Assembly (NCBI RefSeq): GCF_009914755.1
Contig: NC_060934.1
Strand: one strand, 5' to 3'
From: the human T2T-CHM13v2.0 reference genome, Homo sapiens
Length of the DNA: 64,000 bases
Shown here: positions 1 through 16,430 of the stretch, piece after piece
Layout: the number at the start of each line of letters is the position of its first letter
Position numbering within the stretch: position 1 is the first letter of the stretch
Program-made: the position numbers and the translations under genes
The notes under the pieces: model-generated
What the model saw: only the letters and a program-made list of their open reading frames with translations
Told to the model about the DNA's origin: nothing
Databases searched by the model: none

Positions 1-664
1 CCCAATGTGACCGTCTTTGATTGACCTTCCTCTGTCCTTCTAAGAGTTTTCTGCCAATTTCCAGGTACTTATAAACATTCATGCGTACAACAGACACATT
101 GCAATCTTGCTTACTTTCTAACCTGAATAGCCTATAAATCCATCCTTCAGAGACTGCAATGGATTTTTTTATTGTGTGTTCAAACCAGGAGGCTATTTTT
201 AAACACAATTTACAAATTGGACTTTGGAAAATAAGGTGGACCAAATTCTAGCCTTTACAACGAATGCCTGAGAGTCCATCCCATTAAAGAGTTTTTAATT
301 AAAAAGAACAACCCACAGGTGCCTTATTGTTCTAACATACAGGATCACTCAGCAGCCTCTGAAAGAAACAGAATAGTTCACTCCATGGTTAACATCTTCT
401 AGATAAATTTAACCCTAGCTAACAGCTGGGCTGGCCATTACAGGCTAAGGTAATTTTGTTTGAAGTGCTACCAGCTCCTCACTTTCATGTTTAAGTCTCC
501 CAGAATAGCACAGAGAAGAGTAATCATGGCCTCAATTCTTTTATTTCCTCCCAACACTATTTTAATGAGAATTTCAAAGAATGCCAGCTGACAATTTCCA
601 CTGTAGGGAAAAAACCAGATGCAGAAATGCAAACAGGGAGAGGATGATTTTCCTCTGCACTACT

Positions 665-772
665 CAACTGTGATCTTTATGAAGAGGCAAAGATTGACAC
701 ACCTTTGTGGGCCCAGTACCAGCTAGAGTATATCAAACACAGTAGCCTTTCAACAAATGTTTGTTGAATAAC
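665..772 (+). mobile_element. L2 LINE 3'-end fragment
   Basis: Ends in ...caacaaatgtttgttgaat, resembling the L2 3' terminus; highly diverged. Confidence 0.45.
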
Positions 773-841
773 ATTTATACAAGATTTGGTAGTGCTTTCA
801 ATTAATAAATAAATTAACAAATCTCAGAAAGAGAAACTCCC

Positions 842-1182
842 TGTATTAGTCTGTTCTCACATTGCTATAAAAAACTACCTGAGACTGAGTAATTTATGAA
901 TAAAGGAGGTTTAATTGACTCACAGTTCTGCAAGCTGTACAGGAAGCATGGCTGGGGAGGCTTCAGGAAACTCACAATCATGGTAGAAGGTGAAGGGGAA
1001 GCAGGCACATCTTAAATTGACAGAAAAGGAAGAAGAGAGTGAAGGGGAATGTGCTACACAATTTTAAACAACCACGTCTCGTGAGAACTCACTATCAATG
1101 AGAACAGCAAGGGGGAAATCCACCCCCATGATCCAGTCACCACCCACCAGGCCCCTCTTCCAATACTGGGGATTACAATTTT
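842..1182 (-). mobile_element. MSTA-like MaLR solo LTR, left part (split by L1)
   Basis: Starts tgtattagtctgttctcacattgctataaa, with typical MST body. 5-bp TSD ctccc at 837-841 and 7385-7389. Confidence 0.9.
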
Positions 1183-1397
1183 TTTTATTATTATTATACT
1201 TTAAGTTTTAGGGTACATGGGCACAATGTGCAGGTTAGTTACATATGTATACATGTGCCATGCTGGTGTGCTGCGACCATTGACTCGTCATTTAGCATTA
1301 GGTATATCTCCTAATGCTATCCCTCCCCCTTCCTCCCACCTCACAACAGTCCCCAGAGTGTGATGTTCCCCTTCCTGTGTCCATGTGTTCTCATTGT

Positions 1398-5222
<3,825 letters not shown>

Positions 5223-5285
5223 TATGATGTTAGCTGGTTATTTTGCTCGTTAGTTGATGCAGTTTCTTCCTAGCCTCGATGGTCT

Positions 5286-6298
5286 TTACAATTTGGCATG
5301 ATTTCACAGTGGCTGGTACCGGTTGTTCCTTTCCATGTTTAGTGTTTCCTTCAGGAGCTCTTTTAGGGCAGGCCTGTTGGTGACAAAATCTCTCAGCATT
5401 TGCTTGTCTGTAAAGTATTTTATTTCTTCTTTACTTATGAAGCTTAGTTTGGGTGGATATGAAATTCTGGGTTGAAAATTCTTTTCTTTAAGAATGTTGA
5501 ATATTGGCCCCTACTCTCTTCTGGCTTGTAGAGTTTCTGCTGAGAGATCCGCTGTTAGTCTGATGGGATTCCCTTTGTGGGTAACCCGACCTTTCTGTCT
5601 GGCTGCCCTTAACATTTTTTCCTTCATTTCAACTTTGGTGAATCTGACAATTATGTGTCTTGGGGTTGCTCTTCTCGAGGAGTATCTTTGCGGCATTCTC
5701 TGTATTTCCTGAATCTGAATGTTGGCCTGCCTTGCTAGATTGGGGAAGTTCTGGATAATATCCTGCAGAGTGTTTTCCAACTTGGTTCCATTCTCCCCGT
5801 CACTTTCAGGTACACCAATCAGACGTAGATTTCGTCTTTTCATGTAGTCCCATATTTCTTGGAGGCTTTGTTTGTTTCTTTTTATTCTTTTTTCTCTAAA
5901 CTTTCCTTCTCGCTTCATTTCATTCATTTCATCTTCCATCACTGATACCCTTTCTTCCAGTTGATCGCATCGGCTCCTGAGGCTTCTGCATTCTTCATGT
6001 AGTTCTCAAGCCTTGGCTTTCGGCTCCATCAGCTCCTTTAAGCACTTCTCTGATTGGTTATTCTAGTTATACATTTGTCTAAATTTTTTTCAAAGTTTTT
6101 AACTTCTTTGCCTTTGGTTTGAATTTTCTCCTGTAGCTCGGAGTAGTTTGATCGTCTGAAGCATTCTTCTCTCAACTCGTGAAAGTCATTCTCCGTCCAG
6201 CTTTGTTCTGTTGCTGGTAAGGAACTGCGTTCCTTTGGAGGAGGAGAGGCACTCTGCTTTTTAGAGTTTCCAGTTTTTCTGCTCTGTTTTTTCCCCAT
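5286..6298 (-). pseudogene. L1 ORF1, disrupted
   Basis: MGKKQSRKTGNSK start at 6298; REKRIKRN and RLIGVPESDGENG segments. Split by frameshift and stop codons. Confidence 0.93.
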
Positions 6299-7330
6299 CT
6301 ATGTGGTTTTATCTGCTTTTGGTCTTTGATGATGGTGATGTACAGATGGGTTTTTGGTGCGGATGTCCTTTCTGTTTGTTAGTTTTCCTTCTAACAGACA
6401 GGACCCTCAGCTGCAGGTCTGTTGGAGTTTGCTAGAGGTCCACTCCAGACCCTGTTTGCCTGGGTATCAGCAGCAGTGGCTGCAGAACAGCGGATTTTCG
6501 TGAACCGCGAATGCTGCTGTCTGATCGTTCCTCTGGAAGTTTTGTCTCAGAAGAGTACCCGTCTGTGTGAGGTGTCAGTCTGCCCCTACTGGAGGGTGCC
6601 TCCCAGTTAGGCTGCTCGGGGGTCAGGGGTCAGGGACCCACTTGAGGAGGCAGTCTGCCGGTTCTCAGATCTCCAGCTGCGTGCTGGGAGAACCACTGCT
6701 CTCTTCAAAGCTGTCAGGGACATTTAAGTCTGCAGAGGTTACTGCTGTCTTTTTGTTTGTCTGTGACCTGTGCCCAGAGGTGGAGCCTACAGAGGCAGGC
6801 AGGCCTCCTTGAGCTGTGGTGGGCACCACCCAGTTCGAGCTTCCCCACTGCTTTGTTTACCTAAGCAAACCTGGGCAATGGCAGGCGCCCCTCCCCCAGC
6901 CTCGCTGCTGCCTTGCAGTTTGATCTCAGACTGCTGTGCTAGCAATCAGCGAGATTCTGTGGGCGTAGGACACTGCCAGCCATGTGCGGGATATAATCTC
7001 CTGGTGCGCCTTTTTTTAAGCCCATCGGAAAAGCGCAGTATTAGGGTGGGAGTGACCCGATTTTCCAGGTGCTGTCTGTCACCCCTTTCTTTGACTAGGA
7101 AAGGGAACTCCCTGACCCCTTGCGCTTCCCAAGTGAGGCAATGCCTCGCCCTGCTTTGGCTCGCACATGGTGCACTGCACCCACTGTCCTGCACCCACTG
7201 TCTGGCACTCCCTAGTGAGATGAACCCGGTACCTCAGATGGAAATGCAGAAATCACCCGTCTTCTGTGTCGCTCAGGCTGGGAGCTGTAGACTGGAGCTG
7301 TTCCTATTCGGCCATCTTGGCGCTCTCTCA
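6299..7330 (-). promoter_or_regulatory. L1 5'UTR: internal sense promoter and antisense promoter (antisense promoter points along the + strand)
   Basis: YY1 motif ggccatcttgg at 7310-7320; relatively CpG-rich; complete 5'UTR. Promoter activity is inferred from family knowledge, not shown. Confidence 0.8.
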
Positions 7331-7369
7331 GGGATTACAATTTTATATGAAATTTGGGTAGGGATGTGA
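6878..7369 (+). CDS. L1 ORF0-like antisense ORF, extended to 163 aa
   Basis: MAGAPPPASLLPCSLISDCCASNQRDSVGVG matches the ORF0 N-terminus; ATG context gcaATGg. Frame stays open out of the L1 into the MSTA flank. Translation not demonstrated. Confidence 0.55.
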   Translation: MAGAPPPASLLPCSLISDCCASNQRDSVGVGHCQPCAGYNLLVRLFLSPSEKRSIRVGVTRFSRCCLSPLSLTRKGNSLTPCASQVRQCLALLWLAHGALHPLSCTHCLALPSEMNPVPQMEMQKSPVFCVAQAGSCRLELFLFGHLGALSGITILYEIWVGM

Positions 7370-7384
7370 ATCCAAACCATATCA
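7331..7384 (-). mobile_element. MSTA-like LTR, right part
   Basis: Continues the LTR to ...ccaaaccatatca, followed by TSD ctccc. Confidence 0.88.
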
Positions 7385-7749
7385 CTCCCCATACGATACT
7401 GACTTGAGATAGACTTCAGGGGTCAGAACATCTTATTCCTCAGACTATGAGGGATTTTTTTGTCACCTCTTCTGAGCATCTTTTCAAATAGTGCTGATAA
7501 GTTCACTTTGTTCATTAGAGAGAAAAAGGACAGGACGAAATAGGAGACCATAAATAGGAAGGAATGAGAATAAAATGGTCAATTAAGGAAAGGATTTTCT
7601 GAAAGCAGGCCCTGTCATTAATAATGATGATCTCTAGCTGTAATTAAAACACCTTTGTAAATGTATTCATGCCCTTGTGCCTCAGAGGTGAGGTCTTCAA
7701 GCCTGTCTCTATATCACAATCATCTGGAGAATGACAGGTCCATGTTAAA

Positions 7750-7846
7750 GGTATTAAATCAGAAGGTCTAGGGTCGGGGCCCAGGAATTTGCATTTTATA
7801 ATAAACGGTTTGCACGCTTTTGATGCATAGCTAGTTAGGAAACCAC
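7750..7846. mobile_element. MER5-like hAT/Charlie fragment
   Basis: aaatcagaaggtctagggtcggggcccaggaatttgcatttt...tgatgca...aaacca. Confidence 0.6.
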
Positions 7847-8585
7847 ATTGCCTCTAAGAATTTCTGTGAGTGGAGTGACATCTCTCAACCTTTAGAGGAG
7901 TGGGGAATCTTTTCTTGAGAACTTTACAAAGAATCAGCTATAATATATTAGAAGGAGATAGCTATTTAGATTTATGGATGAATGTATGTTCATATATATG
8001 TATGTATTTATAGAGGAAACTATAGATATGGTTGAAATTCCTTCTAATTTAATAGTTAGAAACAGTGAAAATGCCATTTTATTAAGTTATATGTCAAAAA
8101 CATTTAAATATTTCAATCTGGTTAAAAAAAAAAAAGAGGGGTGGGCCAGAGACTTCAAGTAGGAGACAGCAGCTGGGAGACAGGCCAAGAGGATCAGATA
8201 TGGAAGGGGAGGAAGAACAAAGTTGTGCTACTTGGTAATTTCTCTAGAATACAGCAGGAAAGAGGGCCAGGAAAGGACAACTGTGACCACTCAAGAAACG
8301 GGAGCCAAGGCCGGATCTTCTTTCCTTGGCTCTTCTCTGGGCTCTGACTTAATCCTGCCAGGTCTCAGTTTCTTCTCCTGAAAAATGAGCTGGATGGGGA
8401 AGAGCAGTGATTTTCAATTTAGCCTGAGAATGTGCCTTGCTGTGTCATCATTTCAGCATAGTCGTGAGGAACCCAGCATGATGACAGTTGTAATTTTAGT
8501 GTTCACTGATTTAAAAATTGATGATACCTAAAGAACTATAAACTTAGAACTTTTTAAAATTATATTTCCTTTTATTCACCACAAC

Positions 8586-8670
8586 AGCATATATATATGC
8601 TGTATATATATATATACACACAAACATATGTGTGTGTGTATATACATACATATAAATATACACACACATC
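8586..8670. repeat. (TA)n/(CA)n/(TG)n compound microsatellite
   Basis: Alternating purine-pyrimidine dinucleotide runs, read directly. Confidence 0.85.
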
Positions 8671-10997
8671 TTTAGAGCAGTTGTATACACATGTCTATAG
8701 CAGATATCAGTATCATTGCTTGAATTCTTGCTTTTTGAAAAAAACAACTTGAATCTGACTCTGAATATCATAAAAATGATTCTGTTAGTATAATCATAAG
8801 TCTAATTTCAGTCATAATCGGGCTCCCCATCAGTCCTAGGATCCCTCCAGTCTTCAACCCTCACTGATTGCCACTGAAATACTCATTGTCCCCCACCACT
8901 CGGTCCTTTTACAGTTGCCTCATCTGCTGGTTCTCTGGGCGTGGTGCCCTTTCAAGTCTAAAAGACCTGGTTGTAGGTGTCACCTGCCAAGACTTAAGAG
9001 ACATAGTAGAAAACTCTCCATCTTATGATTCTATTGCTCTTCCAGTCTACTGTACAATCTCAAAATCGTCCTTACTTAGATATAAAGCTACCACTTCTCT
9101 TTCCTCCCTCGTAACTTAATTTCTCCAAGGGGTTTAGAGTTTCAGAAGATAAAATGCAGGAAGAAATTTAAACTTATTCTAAGCCAGTGGAGCACAAAGA
9201 CCCTGACTACCGTCTTGGAAAGGAGAAACACAAATGATTTCAATATACTATAATTCCACATGTAATGTGTGTGTGAACCCATATATGTATATGTCTTTGT
9301 ATATGTGTGGGTGTATACATATGTATATGTATAACATGTGAAACTTGTTACATTTATAGATTGGTGGTTTCTTTGTTATGGACCTAAAGCCTGTGGATTG
9401 GGAACCTCTGGACTACACAGTCTCTAAGATCCTTTCCAGCCTTAATATTAAGTGCTTCTGGGATCTCTTTGCCCTTTGGCATTGACTTTGATTGAGAATT
9501 GCTGCAACCTACAACTTCCAACAATAGGCACTAAACTCTCTATATGTAATGATAATGGTAACTTGAATGGAATTGTCATTGTTGATTGGTTGATTTATTT
9601 TCTAATCTAGGTTGAAATAAAAATATATTTGGTGTCATATTTTGCAAAATAATGGCACAACCTTCTACTAATCACATGTCTTGAAGCATTCCTTGCTCTA
9701 GGGACACCCAAGGGATTACCACTATCTACAATAGTCAGACTATGGCTGTAGTGACATATGGGATTCATCCACATGTAAACAGTTGTTCTTCAATATTTCA
9801 CATTTAAATACGAACTTTGTTACTTTTGGCCATGGCATGTTGCAAAGGTTTCTACACAAAGAATAAATCAATGTGTACTTTAGAAAAGGTCATATGCTTT
9901 TAGCAAAATTTCTAAGTATAGAAACTTACAACATTTTTAGAGATGAGTTTATTAGCCTCATTAAAGTGTCACTGTGTTTAGACTCAAATGTCTAAAATGA
10001 CTTTGCTGTGATCCCTCTTTTTTTTTTTTCTTGGCAGCCAATACAAAAAACAATTACTCAGAGTCACAGACCTGTAAGACTTGCCTTTTGGTATTAGAAT
10101 ATCATGTAGACTTTCAAAGGTGTATGCACTCCTTGTCATATGCTCATTTGAGTAATGGCATTTGCAGCAACAATGCTGACATAGTCACTTGTCTATGTAT
10201 AGGAGGGCTGAGAGCGAGCAGGAATATTGATGTGCCCAAGCTAGTCCTGCCCCTCGTACGTTCTGATTTCCATGGCCTCCTCTTCAGAGCAGGGAGCAGC
10301 TACAGGATTGGGCCTCATGAGCAGCTCTGGGCAGGGCTCTCCTTGCCTTCTTGTGCTGGTCTTTGTGACTTTATCTTCCTTAATGCAGCTGAGGTAAATG
10401 CACATTTTTTTTTTTATCTTGACGCTAAACTCTAACTGACCTTAATGGCAAAATCTTTACAAATTTATACCTCTGGTTTCCTAGGTGATAATTTAACGTC
10501 ATTACTCCTTGCTTCTAACCTACTTGGAAACTATTCCATTTCACTTTGGTCTTCTGTGTAGTATGATTTCCATTATGTAACTCCCATCAGAGCTGACAAG
10601 ATTCCCTTGCCCCATGTAAAAGGTATATAATTTAATGACAATATTATACATTGTAATGAAATGTTTACATGTCAGAACATATATTTTAAAATAAATAGGT
10701 TAAAAAACAGACTTTGGAGTTAGGAATTGTTATTCTAACTCATTTCTTTCTTCCTTTATGTGTAAACAATTCAGATATGCAGTTTTAAAAAAGCAAATAC
10801 ATTACTACTACATTAATAATAAAGGAATTGTTGTAGAGATAATCATAAAGATGATGTTAACTGTTATTAAGGTTTGCTTTTAACCTGCTATGGGCAACAT
10901 AAAAGTCATGAAACATTAAATTTTTTAAAAATGTTCTTGTGTATTTTTTTTTCTGGGAAAGTGCTCTCCATTCCTGTGTTATACAGAGATCCTGACT

Positions 10998-11379
10998 CTT
11001 TATTTTTCTTTTTTTCTATTTTGTTTTCTCATCTTTTCTCCTCTCTTTTTCTTTCCTTCTTTTGTTTTCTTTCTTTTATTTTTTTCTTTTCTTTTTTTGA
11101 GATGGAATCTTGCTCTGTTACCCAGGCTGGAGTGCAGTGGGGGGTCATAATTCACTGCAGCCTCCACCTCCTGAGCTCCAGCGAACCTACCACCTAAGCC
11201 TCCTGAGTAATTGGAACTACAAGCACACACCACCGTGACTGGCTAATTTTTGTATTTTTTGTAGAGACGGAGTTTCACCATGTTGTCCAGGCTGGTCTCA
11301 AACTCCTGGGTTCAAACAATCTGCCCACTCTGGACTCCCAAAATGCTGGGATTACAGGTGTGAGCCACTGTGCCTGGCC
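10998..11379 (-). mobile_element. AluJ-like element with ~100-nt degenerate tail
   Basis: Dimeric Alu body 11098-11379. TSD agatcctgact at 10987-10997 and 11380-11390. Confidence 0.92.
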
Positions 11380-11549
11380 AGATCCTGACTTTTGAAAGTT
11401 CCTGGTAGCTTCTATCCTGTTTAGTAACACAGGCAGGAGATCCACATCAAGAAAGGCAGGCTTGGTAAAATTTCAAGTGAATTTGGAATGAATGATGAAA
11501 CACACAGACACAGTGACTTTATAGTAGTGGTTTTCTGAGCTATAAGCAG

Positions 11550-12155
11550 TGAGATAGGCAGAATGAACTCCAAAGATGTCCATGCCCTGATTCCTGGGAG
11601 CTGTGAATATGTTACATTACACGGTAGAGAGGACTTTGCAGATGTAATTAGGGTCACATGCTTTAAAATGGAGGGATTATCCTGGATTATCTGTGTGGGC
11701 CCAGTCTAATCCTATGAATTTTTGAAAGTAGAGAACTTTCTCCAGTTTGGATTAGAGAGATGTGGCAGAAAAGGAAGTCAGAGAAATTCAAAGCTTCAGA
11801 CATACTCGACTCAATGTTTCTGGCTCCATGATGGAGAGGCCAATAGGACGAGGATGCAGGTGGCTTTAAGAGTCTGAGAGAAGCTCCCAACTGGCCATCA
11901 GCAAGGAATTTGGACCTCAGTCCTGCAACTACATGAAGCAAATTTTTTTCAGCAGATATGAACCTGGAAATGGATTCTTCCCCCAGAGCCTCCAGGCCAG
12001 CTGACACATGGATTTCCTCCTTGTGAGCCTCAGAGCAGAGAAATCAATTGAGCCACCAGGACTTCTGACCTACAGAACTATGAGATAACAAATTGTGTTT
12101 TTTAAAGCTGCTAAATTTGTGGCAATTTGTTATGACAGCAATAGAAAACTAATAT
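11550..12155 (+). mobile_element. MLT1D/E-like MaLR solo LTR
   Basis: taggcagaat...ccaaagatgtccatgccctgattcctg, ending ttgttatgacagcaatagaaaactaata. Confidence 0.8.
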
Positions 12156-12879
12156 AAGTAGGAAGCTGTGACCAGAGTCATAGACTTTAGTTCTGAACTG
12201 GTCAATATTGTGAAGATGAAACATCTTCATTGATTATGAATAGGATTAACCTGTTAGACTACAGGTCTGGGTCTGGGTACTGAGATGCATTTAGGTGAGT
12301 TCATAGCAGTCTAGTATGTTCAGTGGCTCCCAAAGAGTTGGCTGGCATTTTATACCTAGTTTATCTTTGTCTAGCTTCTTTTAATCCATAGTAAGCTGTG
12401 ATTTTGCCCCAGTATTAAAGAAAAATATGAATAAACATGAACCTCTATTTCAGTGGAATTTTAATGCACAGATTATAAATATGCCTGTTGTGCATTTCTA
12501 AGTTAAATTTTAAAATAAAGAATTGGAGGTCAAAAATTAGGCAGAGAGAGAGGGATCAATGAAAGTTGTCCATACAGAGATACTTGAGTATTTGAGATGA
12601 TTCACAAATATCCATAACTCTTGTTGACCAAACACATGTTGTTCTTGACCAACCAGAGCTTTTATCTCTCTCTTTGGAGCCGAATGTCTCTCAGGAGTTA
12701 TATTTTCAGATTATAGTTTAAGATATAGGGAAATTTTGTAATTACTTATACTTTTATCCAAACAGATTGAAAACAGTAATAAAAATTAGTAGACAAGAAG
12801 TTCAGGTTGTAAAGATCCAATGTTAAATTACTGGAGAACAAAATTCCCAATGAGGAGAGTGGCAGACAAAGAAATCAAA

Positions 12880-12990
12880 ATGGTAGGCAGGGGGCAGATC
12901 ACAGAGGATCTTGTAGGCCAAGGTAAGGATTTTATTTTGTTCTGAGGGAAGTAAGAAAGTTTTGGAGAGGTTCAAGCAGAAGCAAGATAT
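12880..12990 (-). mobile_element. L2 fragment
   Basis: gggcagatcacagaggatcttgtaggccaaggtaaggatttt is an L2-typical segment. Confidence 0.55.
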
Positions 12991-13264
12991 TCTAACTGCT
13001 TTTCTGTTTTTCTTCTTGCCTTGATGCTACATTCCTTGAAAAATATTAATATTTACCATTTCTTCTTCTTTATTCTTTGCTCTGAAAGCCATTGAAGTCA
13101 GACCTTAACAAGGATGAGGTTGCCTCCAAATTACCAAATTCAACATCTCTTTTCAGTGTTATGTTTCCAGATTCTTAGCGACCCTTAATACCTTTGACAT
13201 TAGCTTCCATTCTGAAATTTTCTTCATCTGTTTATAACCTACTTCCAGTCATTTTGGCCCTGTT

Positions 13265-13400
13265 AGCTCTGTGACCCTGGGGATACTGATTCATGTCACT
13301 GTTCTTCAGTTTCCTCATCTGTGAAATGGGGAAGTAATTGTAACAACTTCAAAGGGACATTTTGAGAGTAATAAGAGATAAGCACTCAATGCATATTAAC
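13265..13400 (+). mobile_element. MIR
   Basis: MIR core ctgtgacc...cagtttcctcatctgtgaaatgggg. Confidence 0.7.
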
Positions 13401-13480
13401 GATTGTTACATCCCAAACCAAACTCCCGATCTTAATTCCTCTCCCAGAATTGCTCTTCCTCCATTAGTGGCATCGCTACC

Positions 13481-13869
13481 TGCTATGGTTTGAATGTGTC
13501 TCCTCCAAAATTCAGTGTTTCCATTGTGATAGTATTAAGAGGTGGGACTTTTAAGAGCTAATGAGGCTATGTGGGCTTTTCCATATTTAATGAGATTAAG
13601 ACCCTTTCAAAAGAGGCTTCACAACATTTAGGCTGGCTTGATCTTTTGCTCTTTTGCTCTTCTGCTATGTGAGGATACGGTTCATCGTCTCTTGCCTTTC
13701 CATCTCTTCCTCCATGTGAGGAGGCGCAAGAAGGTCCTCACCAGTCACCAGGTGCTGACACCTTGATTTGTACTTGCCAGCCTCCAGAACTGAGATAAAT
13801 AAATTTCTGTTCCTAGTAAATTACCTAGTCTGTGGTATTATGTCATAGCATTACAAATGGACTTAGGTA
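13481..13869 (+). mobile_element. MST/MLT1A-like MaLR solo LTR inserted in an L2 remnant
   Basis: tgctatggtttgaatgtg...ccagcctccagaactgagataaataaatttctg. Near-TSD ctacc/ctatc. Confidence 0.8.
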
Positions 13870-14159
13870 CTATCTAAACCAGAAACTTCAGAGCCACCCT
13901 TGATATTGATGTAATCTTGTAGATTTTACCTCTGAGATTCTCCCCTTTATTTATTTCTACTGCCATGGCCTCTTCCTTCCAAGCACATGTACACATACAC
14001 ACACAGCTTTCCTTATATTACACTCTGGCCATACTGAACTACTATGCCAGCTACTTAACTCCTCTGCACATTTTGTTTTGACTTTCAGTAGTCCTTTAGT
14101 GATCTCACTGCCTCTTGTCTGTAATAAAAATGAAATGACAGTAGGAATAAATGCAATGG

Positions 14160-14238
14160 TTTACCTTGTGCCTGCATACAGTATATTAAATGCTTTCCAT
14201 ACATGATTATTGAGTACTCACAAAAACCTTGTAAAGTA

Positions 14239-14272
<34 letters not shown>

Positions 14273-14400
14273 CTACTTTACAGAAAAGGCAACCAAAACA
14301 GAGGAATTACATAAAAGGTCACACTCAAATAAGCAGTAGAGCTGGGATTTGAGCCCAGATACACCTGATGTGAAAGCCCAGGCTTTTACACTATGCTCTT
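14160..14400 (-). mobile_element. MIR containing (ATT)n at 14241-14271
   Basis: attcctactttacaga...gagctgggatttgagcccag. Confidence 0.65.
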
Positions 14401-14850
14401 ATTGTGCCCTGAAATGAACTTACCTTGACAAATTCTCTTAAAATTTTTCTTACTTGTATATCTTATGCCTGTGATAACTGTCCGTTTTGCACAGGACAAG
14501 TTAATGTTCCTTAGCCTGGTATGAAAGACCCTTCAGTATCTTCTCTCAATTGATCCCTGTAAAATTTAGTTTATGTCCTTGTTTTTATTTAATTTTTATA
14601 TACTTGCAGTTTTACTGTACTTTCTTTTATATTATATTTCTAATTTATTCTAGATTTTTTCCATTCTCCTCTTCCTCAGTACACACACCAACACACACAC
14701 ACACACACACACACACATGAATACCCACAGTACTTTCAGCTTGGGAAAAATTCTTCCTGAATTTTTCCCGTATTTGTACAGACCTGTACAAATATAAATA
14801 CACATGAATAGGGCTTTTGTTTGTCTGTAGCACTGGAAATATTATATGCA

Positions 14851-15272
14851 TGTATTAGTCAGGGTTCTCCAGAAAAACAGAACAAATAGACTGTACATAG
14901 TTATATATAGAGAGAACATTATTTATTTTAAGAAATTGACTGGCATGACTATGGGGGCTGACAAATCCAAATTGTGCAGAGTAGGCTGGCAGGCTGGAGG
15001 CCAAGGGAAAAGCTGCAGTCATGAATCTGAAGGCAGTCTGGAGGTAGAATTCCTTCTGTTTCTGGGGAATCTCAGCTTTTTTCCCTTAAGAACTTCAACT
15101 GATTTGATGAGGCCCACCCACATTATGAAGGATAATCTGCTTTATTAAAAATCTACTTATTTAAATGTGAATCACATCTAAAAATACTTTCACAGCAACA
15201 TTGAGACTGGTGCTTGAACAAATATCTGGAAACCACAGGCTATAAAAGTTGACCCATAAAATTACCACCACA
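14851..15272 (-). mobile_element. MLT2-like ERVL solo LTR
   Basis: tgtattagtcagggttctccag...aagttgacccataaaattaccaccaca. Confidence 0.82.
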
Positions 15273-16430
15273 GTGTATTTCTTTATAACTTGCTTTTTTC
15301 TCACCAACAAGGTAACATTGACATCCCTTCATATCAATAATTACAATATTCACCTTTCCATCAGCAGCATGTGAGAGAATTTTTCCTTTGTCCTGGTCAG
15401 CACAGGGCATTAGAATTATTTGTAATTAATGCAGATCAAATGAATGAAATATGGCATCTTACTATACCTTTAATATTAATTTCCCAGACTGTGGGAAGTT
15501 GAGCATCTTTTTATTTATTTATTAATCATTTAGCCTCTATTCTGTGAATTGTATTTTGAGAATTAAATCATATTCCTTGCCCACTTTTCCATTTATTTCT
15601 ATTGTTTTTTCTTATCAATTTTTGTATTCAAGAATTTAACTCTCAATATTTCACGTCATTTGCAAATACTATTTTCCTGTCTGTCATTTGTCTTTTGACA
15701 TTATTTGTGAAATCATTGAACATTCTAAATGTTTTTCTTAAACTTCCTTTTATAATCCAAACTGCCTTTTTTTTTATAGCTTTAGAGGTGCTTAAGTTCT
15801 TTTGCTTAAGAACTCTGTTTTGTTTTTTAATTTTTAACGTTTAAATCTTAATTTAGCTAGAATTTATTTTTGTATTCTATATAGGATGAAGTCCAATTTC
15901 CTTCCCTTGAAATAGCTTGTCAATGGTGACAGTAAAATTTATTAAGGTTATTAAATTTCAATGAAATAAATTTTAACAATGGGAGAAGGGACTAAATAAG
16001 CCATCCTTTCTCCAATAAATTAAAATGCCATTTTTGTCACATGTCAGTTTTTCATAGATATTCAAATCTTTGTCTGGATTCTCTATTGATTTATTTGCTC
16101 CTGTGCTGGTCTGATTAAGGAAACTTTATAATAAAGTTTTATAGCTGGCAAAGCAAATCAACAACCTCCTCAGCTTCGAACATACATATGCTGTATTCTT
16201 TTTTCTCATGATTTTATATACTTGGAGATTCCTTCTTCCATACAAACATCAAATTATTTCACACACTTCCAAAAATAAAATAAATAAAGTAACCTCTGCT
16301 GTAGCAAAGCAAAAACACAACCCTATAGGATTCTGCTGGTGGCTGCATTCTATGATGTGTGATGTCGGGGGGAGATATTGCTGTGCTTATGATATTAAAC
16401 CTTCTCATCTCAATGAAAGTTGCTTATCTG
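15273..16430 (-). mobile_element. Old L1M (L1ME-like) fragments
   Basis: Degenerate L1 antisense motifs (ccatcagcagcatgtgagag, gttgagcatcttttt, ttgcaaatactattttcc). Confidence 0.5.

Noticed and set aside
749-768. Hairpin ttcaacaaa-tg-tttgttgaa
   Set aside because: Derives from the quasi-palindromic L2 3' end.
10031-10435. 134-aa ORF in unique sequence
   Set aside because: Non-ATG start, no recognisable domain, flanked by T runs.
12211-12229. 8-bp stem tgaagatg/catcttca
   Set aside because: Expected by chance in 64 kb; no supporting context.
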